From an uncultured Thiopseudomonas sp. (GTDB lineage Bacteria > Pseudomonadota > Gammaproteobacteria > Pseudomonadales > Pseudomonadaceae): a DNA stretch of 37,491 nucleotides. The stretch spans positions 1 through 37,491 of the forward strand of contig CAZMLX010000003.1 of the NCBI GenBank assembly GCA_964567275.1. The letters run 5' to 3'. The translations under genes were made by a program, and so were the position numbers. The notes under the pieces were generated by a model that saw nothing but the letters and a program-made list of their open reading frames with translations, did no database searches and was not told the origin of the DNA. Positions within the stretch are counted from its first letter, which is position 1. Each line of letters opens with the position of its first letter. Below are positions 29,969 to 37,491 of this stretch, in pieces.

Positions 29969-31192
29969 ATGCACGATTCGGCATTGAAAATTCTGGTCAC
30001 CGGCGGTGCCGGCTTTATTGGTAGCGCTGTGGTGCGTCATTTAATCAAGGATACCGATCATTCGGTGGTCAACCTGGACAAGCTCACCTACGCCGGCAAT
30101 CTGGAATCGCTGGTCAGCGTGAGTGACAGCCCCCGCTACGCCTTTGAGCAGGTGGATATTTGCGATGCAGCAGAAGTGCGGCGCGTGCTGGCTGAACACC
30201 AGCCAGACCTGATGATGCACCTGGCAGCGGAGAGCCATGTGGATCGCTCGATTGACGGCCCCGGCGAGTTTATCCAGACCAACATTGTGGGCACCTATGT
30301 GCTGCTGGAAGCGGCGCGGGCCTACTGGCAGCAGCTGGATGCGCAGCGCAAGGCACGTTTCCGTTTTCACCACATCAGTACCGACGAGGTGTACGGCGAT
30401 TTGCTGCATCCCAATGATGTGGGGCAGGGCGTTAACACAACAGCAACGTCATTGCCCGGCTCGACCGGGCAATCTTCATATTCGCAATTTAATTCTGCAG
30501 TAGACCACCCGATTGAGTCGGGTGATGAGGCTGTAAGTGGTGGGCCCGGCATGACTTTGCCGCTGTTTACCGAAACCACAGCCTACGCACCCAGCAGCCC
30601 CTATTCGGCCAGCAAGGCCGGCTCGGATCACCTGGTTCGCGCCTGGCATCGTACCTACGGCCTGCCGGTAGTGGTGACCAATTGCTCCAACAACTATGGC
30701 CCGTTCCACTTCCCGGAAAAATTGATTCCGCTGGTGATTCTGAACGCCCTGGAAGGCAAGCCGCTGCCCATTTATGGCGCCGGCGACCAGATTCGTGACT
30801 GGCTCTACGTGGAAGACCATGCCCGGGCGCTGGTTTTGGTGGCTACCCGGGGTGCCAATGGCGAGACCTACAACATTGGCGGCCACAACGAAAAACAGAA
30901 CATCGAGGTGGTGCAAAGCATTTGCAGCATTCTCGATGAGCTGGCGCCACGCCCTGCCGGCAGCTACAGCGATTTGATCACCCATGTCAGCGACCGCCCC
31001 GGCCATGACCGCCGCTACGCCATTGATGCCGGCAAGATCGGCCGGGAACTGGGCTGGACTCCGCAGGAAACCTTTGCAACCGGCCTGCGCAAAGCCGTGC
31101 AGTGGTACCTGGATAACCAGCCCTGGTGCCAGCGGGTGCAGGATGGCAGTTACCAGCGCGAGCGGCTGGGCGGCGCCCCTGACAGCGCATGA
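29969..31192 (+). CDS. rmlB: dTDP-glucose 4,6-dehydratase (with ~40-aa in-frame palindromic insert)
   Basis: [71 protein letters not shown]. Confidence 0.96.
   Translation: MHDSALKILVTGGAGFIGSAVVRHLIKDTDHSVVNLDKLTYAGNLESLVSVSDSPRYAFEQVDICDAAEVRRVLAEHQPDLMMHLAAESHVDRSIDGPGEFIQTNIVGTYVLLEAARAYWQQLDAQRKARFRFHHISTDEVYGDLLHPNDVGQGVNTTATSLPGSTGQSSYSQFNSAVDHPIESGDEAVSGGPGMTLPLFTETTAYAPSSPYSASKAGSDHLVRAWHRTYGLPVVVTNCSNNYGPFHFPEKLIPLVILNALEGKPLPIYGAGDQIRDWLYVEDHARALVLVATRGANGETYNIGGHNEKQNIEVVQSICSILDELAPRPAGSYSDLITHVSDRPGHDRRYAIDAGKIGRELGWTPQETFATGLRKAVQWYLDNQPWCQRVQDGSYQRERLGGAPDSA
30447..30529. repeat. REP-like doublet inside rmlB
   Basis: CGTCATTGCCCGGCTCGACCGGGCAATC (30447-30474) and inverted partner GACCACCCGATTGAGTCGGGTGATGAG (30503-30529); same family as 2172-2254 and 34386-34412. 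Confidence 0.88.
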
Positions 31193-31195
31193 ACC

Positions 31196-31221
31196 AAAAG
31201 GAGGCTGCGGCCTCCTTTTTT
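31196..31221 (+). terminator. Intrinsic terminator after rmlB
   Basis: AAAAGGAGGC-TGCG-GCCTCCTTTTTT. Confidence 0.88.
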
Positions 31222-31362
31222 CGTCTTGTGTTGCCCGTCTGCTGGCGCCCGTACATGTAGTATTGCTTTCATTGGACTACAACTGAAGACTCGATAGTCG
31301 GATACCGGTCACTGGTTTATGCTGGCATCTTTGTGTTTTGACGCATGACCACAGGAGGTTGC

Positions 31363-33999
31363 ATGGCACGTATCAGTCAAAGGGTGCACAACAACGTTCA
31401 CATGTTCGGTGATCTGCTGGGCCAGACCATGAAGGCCCAGCGCGGAGCCGGGTTTCTGGACAAGGTTGAACTGATCCGCACCGGTGCCAAGTCGGCACGG
31501 CGTGGTTCGCAGGAAGGCCGTGCCCAGTTTGAGGAAACGCTGGCCGGTCTGGCCGAGGACGAGTTGTTGCCGGTGGCACGGGGCTTTAGCCAGTTTCTCA
31601 ATCTGGCCAATATTGCCGACCAGTATCACCTGATGCGCCGTCGCCGCGAGGACGAGGAGCCGGCCTTTGAAGACCAGATGCTGGCCAAGGTGCTGGAGCG
31701 GCTGAAAGCCTGCAACCAGTGCCCGGACCAGCTGGCCAAAGTGGTCGGTGACCTCGACATCGAGCTGGTGCTGACCGCTCACCCGACCGAGGTGTCGCGT
31801 CGCACCCTGATCATGAAATATGACGTCATTGCGTCGCAACTGGCCAAGCTGGACCGCAGCGACATGACCGCCGCCGAGCGGGAAAAAGTAATCAACCGGC
31901 TGCGTGGCCTGATTGCCGAAATCTGGCACACCAGCGAAATTCGCACCAGCCAGCCGGTGCCCCAGGACGAGGCCCGCTGGGGCTTTGCCGTGATTGAACG
32001 CTCGCTGTGGCAAGCGGTGCCGCGCATGTTGCGCCACGTCGACCAGACCCTGCGCGAGGCCGGTGCCGGCCCGCTGCCGCTGACCGCCACGCCGGTGCGC
32101 TTTGCCAGCTGGATGGGTGGCGACCGGGATGGCAACCCCAATGTCACCTCTGGTGTCACCCGCCATGTACTGCGGCTGGCGCGCTGGATTGCATCCGACC
32201 TTTATCTGCGTGACATTGGCCAGCTGACGGCAGAACTGTCCATGCAGCAGGGTTCGGACGAACTGATGGCGATAGCCGGTGCCAGCGACGAGCCATACCG
32301 GGTGGTACTCAAACGCCTGCGTGCCCGGTTGCGTCATACCCGCAACGAGCTGACCGCAGCCATAACCAATAACCAGCCGTTGCCGGCCGACATTCTGCAC
32401 AACAAGTCCGAGCTGCTGGAGCCATTGTTGCTGTGTCACCGCTCGCTGCATGCCTGCGGCATGGGCCTGATTGCCGACGGTGACCTGCTGGACTGCATCC
32501 GCCGGGTGGCCACCTTCGGGCTGGCGCTGGTGCGGCTGGACATCCGCCAGGATGCGTCCCGCCATGTGGCGGCGCTCGACGAAATGACCCGCTGGCTGGG
32601 GCTGGGCAGCTATGCCGGGTGGAGCGAAGAACAACGCCAGGCGTTCCTGCTGCAGGAGCTGCACAATCGCCGGCCGCTGCTGTCGGACGAATTCCAGCCC
32701 AGCGACGATACCCGTGAAGTGCTGGACACCTGTGCGGTGGTGGCCCGGGCCCCGGAAGACTCGCTGGGTACCTATGTCATCTCGATGGCATCGGCACCGT
32801 CCGACGTGCTGGCGGTCCAGTTGTTGCTGAAAGAGTCCGGCGTGCGCCGTGCCATGCGGGTTGCCCCGCTGTTTGAAACCCTGGATGACCTCGACAACGC
32901 AGCAGGCGTTATTCGCCAGCTGCTGAGTCTGGATGATTACCGCCAGCGGCTGACCGGTCCGCAGGAAGTGATGATCGGCTACTCGGACTCGGCCAAGGAC
33001 GCCGGCACCACAGCCGCTGCCTGGGCTCAATACCGGGCCCAGGAACAGCTGGTCGCCGTCTGCCAGCAAGCCGGAGTCGAACTGCTGCTGTTCCATGGCC
33101 GTGGTGGCACCGTGGGTCGTGGTGGCGGTCCTGCTCACGAGGCGATCCTGTCACAGCCGCCAGGCTCGGTGGCCGGACGCTTCCGTACCACCGAACAGGG
33201 CGAGGTGATCCGTTTCAAATACGGCTTGCCGGATGTGGCGGCCCAAAACCTCAACCTGTACCTGGCTGCGGTACTGGAGGCGACCTATCTGCCGCCGGTC
33301 GCACCCAAAGACAGCTGGCGGGCGGTCATGGACCGGATGGCGGAAGATGGTCTCAATGGCTACCGTCATGTGGTGCGCGAAGATCCACGCTTTGTCGATT
33401 ACTTCCGCCAGGCCACGCCCGAGCTGGAACTGAGCCGCCTGCCGCTGGGCAGTCGTCCGGCCCGCCGCCGCAGTGGCGGCATTGAAAGTCTGCGTGCCAT
33501 TCCCTGGATCTTTGCCTGGACCCAGACCCGGCTGATGCTGCCGGCCTGGCTGGGTTGGGAAACCGCTTTGGAGCAGGCCTGTGCCCGTGGCGAGCAAGAC
33601 ATACTGGACGAAATGCGCGACCACTGGCCGTTCTTCCGTGCCCGTATCGACATGCTGGAAATGGTGCTGCTCAAGGCCGATGCCGGCATTGCCCGCCTGT
33701 ATGACGAGCGCCTGGTAGAGCCGGAACTGCGACCGCTGGGCGAGCAGCTGTTTGCCCGTTTGCAGCAGGCGGTTGACCGGGTGCTGGCGTTGACCGGTGA
33801 AAGCGAACTGCTGGAGCGTCACCCGGATGTACGGGCGTCGATCAGCGTGCGGGACACCTACCTTGATCCACTGCACCTGTTGCAGGTCGAACTGTTGGCC
33901 CGTTCCCGCAAACACGGCGATGCCCTCAGCCCGGCGATCGAGCAGGCCATGCTGGTTACCGTAGCCGGCATTGCTGCGGGGCTGCGTAACACGGGTTGA
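31363..33999 (+). CDS. ppc: Phosphoenolpyruvate carboxylase
   Basis: [51 protein letters not shown]-terminal GLRNTG; AGGAGG RBS before ATG 31363. Confidence 0.97.
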   Translation: MARISQRVHNNVHMFGDLLGQTMKAQRGAGFLDKVELIRTGAKSARRGSQEGRAQFEETLAGLAEDELLPVARGFSQFLNLANIADQYHLMRRRREDEEPAFEDQMLAKVLERLKACNQCPDQLAKVVGDLDIELVLTAHPTEVSRRTLIMKYDVIASQLAKLDRSDMTAAEREKVINRLRGLIAEIWHTSEIRTSQPVPQDEARWGFAVIERSLWQAVPRMLRHVDQTLREAGAGPLPLTATPVRFASWMGGDRDGNPNVTSGVTRHVLRLARWIASDLYLRDIGQLTAELSMQQGSDELMAIAGASDEPYRVVLKRLRARLRHTRNELTAAITNNQPLPADILHNKSELLEPLLLCHRSLHACGMGLIADGDLLDCIRRVATFGLALVRLDIRQDASRHVAALDEMTRWLGLGSYAGWSEEQRQAFLLQELHNRRPLLSDEFQPSDDTREVLDTCAVVARAPEDSLGTYVISMASAPSDVLAVQLLLKESGVRRAMRVAPLFETLDDLDNAAGVIRQLLSLDDYRQRLTGPQEVMIGYSDSAKDAGTTAAAWAQYRAQEQLVAVCQQAGVELLLFHGRGGTVGRGGGPAHEAILSQPPGSVAGRFRTTEQGEVIRFKYGLPDVAAQNLNLYLAAVLEATYLPPVAPKDSWRAVMDRMAEDGLNGYRHVVREDPRFVDYFRQATPELELSRLPLGSRPARRRSGGIESLRAIPWIFAWTQTRLMLPAWLGWETALEQACARGEQDILDEMRDHWPFFRARIDMLEMVLLKADAGIARLYDERLVEPELRPLGEQLFARLQQAVDRVLALTGESELLERHPDVRASISVRDTYLDPLHLLQVELLARSRKHGDALSPAIEQAMLVTVAGIAAGLRNTG

Positions 34000-34017
34000 T
34001 GTGGGGTTTTGCTGTTA

Positions 34018-34524
34018 GCAGGGTTTGGAGCATTCCGTCATTCTGCGTTTTGCGCAGCAAAATCGCAGAATCCATGGCGTGCGGGACGGGTGTGACCCGG
34101 CCGGACGAGGCACTACGCAACGCTGCGCTGCCACGACCGCCCTTTGGGGCGTTCATGGCGCTAAGGCTTTGCTCCGGCCCCGCCCGGCCGGCGGATACAC
34201 CGGTGTGGCTGGGGGTGGCCCGGCTGCGCCGGGCTGCTGTCGCATGGTGTTGCGGTTGATGCCCTGATGACTTCAGCTCCGTTGTTACCCCGCTTGCAGC
34301 CAATCTGTCGTTACTTCGCTTGCAGCCAACCTGTCGTTACCCCGCTTGCAGCTAACCTGTCGTTATTCTGCTTGTAGCCAACTCCGTCGTCACCCGGCTT
34401 GACCGGGTGACCTCCCTCAAATCAGCAGGGTTTAGAGCATTCCGTCATTCTGCGTTTTGCGCAGCAAAATCGCAGAATCCATGGCGTGGCAGCGCAGCTT
34501 TGCTCAGGCCCCGCCCGGCCAGCG
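34018..34524. repeat. Composite palindromic repeat region (BIME-like mosaic) between ppc and adk
   Basis: GCAGGGTTT.GAGCATTCCGTCATTCTGCGTTTTGCGCAGCAAAATCGCAGAATCCATGGCGTG occurs twice (34018, 34425). 34036-34257 is homologous to 76-295. A 26-bp tandem array lies at 34281-34412, and an inverted partial unit at 34485-34524. Confidence 0.9.
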
Positions 34525-34619
34525 CAGACATTCCGCACGCAGCGAAGCGCAGTTGCCGACTCCAATATGTGGTCGGACGGGGAAGGACATTCGCCTTGCG
34601 ACAGGTCAATAAAAGCTGA

Positions 34620-35444
<825 letters not shown>

Positions 35445-35531
35445 TCCTGCAGGAGCGGCCCTGACTCCAGGGTGCGCTCCTTTGGACTTCTCACGCCCCA
35501 GCAGGAGCGCTGTCCGGCGCGATTACCTTCT

Positions 35532-36218
35532 ATGCCTACCTTGCTTGCCATTGATACCGCCACCGAGGCCTGTTCTGTTGCCCTGCTGCATGATGGCCGC
35601 CTGTTCAGCCGCTATGCGGTGATGCCCAGGCTGCATGCCCAGCATATACTGCCCATGGTGCAACAGCTGCTGGACGAAGCCGGCATCCGGCTGACAGCGG
35701 TGGACGCTATTGCTTTTGGCCGTGGCCCCGGAGCCTTTACCGGCCTGCGCATAGCGGTTGGAGTGGTGCAGGGGCTGGCCTTTGCACTCGACAAACCGGT
35801 GTTGCCGGTGTCCAGTCTGGCCGCCATTGCCCGCCGGGCCTGGCGGGAGCAGGGCAGCGAACAGGTTGCAGTAGCGATCGATGCCCGCATGGATGAAGTG
35901 TACTGGGGCTGCTATGCGCTCGAAGACGGCCAGATGCAGTTGCAAGGACTGGAGCAGGTATGTGCTCCGGAACAGGCCCGCCTGCCCCGCAGCGCCGCTG
36001 GCAACTGGCTGGCCGCCGGTACCGGCTGGAATGCCTATGCCGGCCGCATTGCGGTTGAAGTCAGCGGCCAGGCCAGCGAGTCCCTGCCTCACGCCGAAGA
36101 CATTCTGATGCTGGCGCTGAACGACTGGCACCAGGGCCGGGCACAACCGGCGGACCATGCGCTGCCGGTTTACCTGCGTGACCAGGTGGCAACACCCAAT
36201 AATTCGGGGTCAGAGTAA
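35532..36218 (+). CDS. tsaB: tRNA threonylcarbamoyladenosine biosynthesis protein TsaB (YeaZ)
   Basis: LLAIDTATEACS, GRGPGAFTGLRI, IDARMDEVY, PVYLR. Confidence 0.95.
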   Translation: MPTLLAIDTATEACSVALLHDGRLFSRYAVMPRLHAQHILPMVQQLLDEAGIRLTAVDAIAFGRGPGAFTGLRIAVGVVQGLAFALDKPVLPVSSLAAIARRAWREQGSEQVAVAIDARMDEVYWGCYALEDGQMQLQGLEQVCAPEQARLPRSAAGNWLAAGTGWNAYAGRIAVEVSGQASESLPHAEDILMLALNDWHQGRAQPADHALPVYLRDQVATPNNSGSE

Positions 36219-36254
36219 CCATTCGACGAATGGTTACTCTGACCCCGAATTATT
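36198..36254. repeat. Perfect 28-bp inverted repeat (1-nt spacer) overlapping the tsaB stop codon
   Basis: AATAATTCGGGGTCAGAGTAACCATTCG-A-CGAATGGTTACTCTGACCCCGAATTATT. Confidence 0.95.
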
Positions 36255-36292
36255 AAGGTAAAGTATAGGCATGTTTTTTAGAGGCTCAGGCC

Positions 36293-36631
36293 ATGCGTCT
36301 TGACGGATTCTCACCCGCCTATGTGCCCAATCGCACAACCCGGCCGGATGCGATCGCAGTATCCGACGAAGTCGCACGCCAGCAGGAAGCCCTCAACCGC
36401 CAGGGCGATGCCCTGTCCGGTAGTACCCGTCCGCAAACCCTGCAAGCCGTCTCCCAGGTTCAAGCCCAGCAAGAGTACGAACGCTACCAGGAGCGCAAGG
36501 CCGAATTTTCCGGCCAGAACCTGAGCTGGCAAAACCGTCAGGCGATGGCCAGCTATTCCAATACCGCCGGTCTGGCCGGTGACGAGCCGGTCGATGCTGC
36601 CCAGGTACTGGGGCTGGATCTCTACGCCTGA
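36293..36631 (+). CDS. Hypothetical protein (MRLDG...GLDLYA)
   Basis: 112-aa ORF between tsaB and rsmJ; its stop overlaps the next ATG (TGATG). Confidence 0.7.
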   Translation: MRLDGFSPAYVPNRTTRPDAIAVSDEVARQQEALNRQGDALSGSTRPQTLQAVSQVQAQQEYERYQERKAEFSGQNLSWQNRQAMASYSNTAGLAGDEPVDAAQVLGLDLYA

Positions 36632-37389
36632 TGGGCGTTCGCATCGCAGCGCTGGACCCCTCACTGGAACAGGCAGCGCAAGCACTTTCCCTTCAATTGT
36701 CATTACCGCTACAGGGCGATGCCGCCTTTGAATTGCAATTAACCCTGCAAGGCCTGCAACTGCAAGAGCTAAACAGCAAAGCCGGTGCGGTACGGGTTGA
36801 TTTCGCCGGTGGTGCGCAGGCCCATCGCCGCCAGTTTGGTGGCGGCAGCGGCCAGATGATTGCCAAAGCCATAGGTGTGCAGCCCGGTGTGCGGCCACTA
36901 GTACTGGAGGCCACAGCCGGTTTGGGGCGTGATGCCTTTGTGCTGGCTTGCCTGGGTTGTCCGGTGGTGATGATCGAGCGCCATCCGGTCGTAGCGGCTT
37001 TGCTGGGCGACGGGCTGCGCCGGGCGGCACAGGATGCCTCCACCGCTGAGGTTATTGGCCGCATGCAACTGCTGCAGGGCGATGCCATCGACCGGATGCA
37101 GCGCTGGCAACAGGAGCAGCCGCAGGTGATCCATCTGGACCCGATGTTTCCCGAGCGGGGCAAAAGCGCCCAGGTAAAAAAAGAAATGCGCCTGTTTCAG
37201 CCGCTGGTTGGCTCCGACGACGACGCCCCCCGTCTGCTGGCAGCAGCACTGGAACTGGCCAGCCACCGGGTCGTGGTCAAACGCCCCCGCATCGCCCCGC
37301 CGATCGAAGGCCCGGCGCCCGGTTACAGCCTGCAGGGCAAATCCAGCCGCTACGACATCTATCCCAAAAAGACACTGCGTCAGGTGTGA
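36631..37389 (+). CDS. rsmJ: 16S rRNA m2G1516 methyltransferase (YhiQ)
   Basis: [53 protein letters not shown]. Confidence 0.92.
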   Translation: MGVRIAALDPSLEQAAQALSLQLSLPLQGDAAFELQLTLQGLQLQELNSKAGAVRVDFAGGAQAHRRQFGGGSGQMIAKAIGVQPGVRPLVLEATAGLGRDAFVLACLGCPVVMIERHPVVAALLGDGLRRAAQDASTAEVIGRMQLLQGDAIDRMQRWQQEQPQVIHLDPMFPERGKSAQVKKEMRLFQPLVGSDDDAPRLLAAALELASHRVVVKRPRIAPPIEGPAPGYSLQGKSSRYDIYPKKTLRQV

Positions 37390-37455
37390 ATGTATTCGTA
37401 CAGGCTGCCCGGATACACCCCAACCTGCAGGTGCAGCGACTTGCGCACCCCTCAC

Positions 37456-37485
37456 CGTCATGCTGCGCGCAGTCGCAGCATCCAT
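37456..37485. repeat. CGTC-tagged REP-like palindrome
   Basis: CGTCATGCTGCGCGCAGTCGCAGCATCCAT; same unit as inside the two MITEs. Confidence 0.85.
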
Positions 37486-37491
37486 AAATGG

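Noticed and set aside
31309-33138. Long antisense ORFs (609 aa here; also 11012-12568, 18588-20036, 21464-22879, 6317-7582)
   Set aside because: These are shadow ORFs opposite well-supported genes in GC-rich DNA, with no recognisable motifs.
34281-34412. Possible CRISPR array
   Set aside because: Units are directly adjacent with no unique spacers, they are degenerate, and no cas genes are present.
33956-34619. Short ORFs in the ppc-adk gap and at 289-707
   Set aside because: They are translations of the palindromic repeats (e.g. SAFCAAKSQNPW) with no RBS or domain evidence.

Overview
GC-rich Pseudomonadaceae-type chromosomal window (inferred from gene content and the ppc-adk-tsaB order). 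It contains: (i) an arginine/ornithine-type polar amino acid ABC operon (aotP-J-Q-M-like) plus a methyltransferase; (ii) a 16.2-kb, 11-gene minus-strand operon in which srfA-srfB-srfC (membrane-anchored SrfA, Hsp70/actin-fold SrfB, P-loop GTPase-like SrfC) are joined to a module matching the P. aeruginosa H1-T6SS signalling block in order (PpkA-periplasmic vWA, TagT, TagS, TagR, TagQ-like), but with no kinase, phosphatase or T6SS structural genes, ending in a second SrfA-N/vWA protein; (iii) housekeeping genes ppk1, hemB, rpmE, malic enzyme, ppc, adk, tsaB, rsmJ; (iv) a stand-alone rmlA-C-D-B cluster; (v) many palindromic repeats: CGTC-tagged REP-like elements, a ~298-bp composite unit, two copies of a 141-bp MITE with 4-bp target duplications, and palindromes inserted in frame inside rmlD, rmlB and the tsaB C-terminus. 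The best candidate for an undescribed system is the Srf-Tag operon. The in-frame palindromic insertions are the second most notable signal. All family assignments come from motifs read by eye and recalled sequences; no database search was run.
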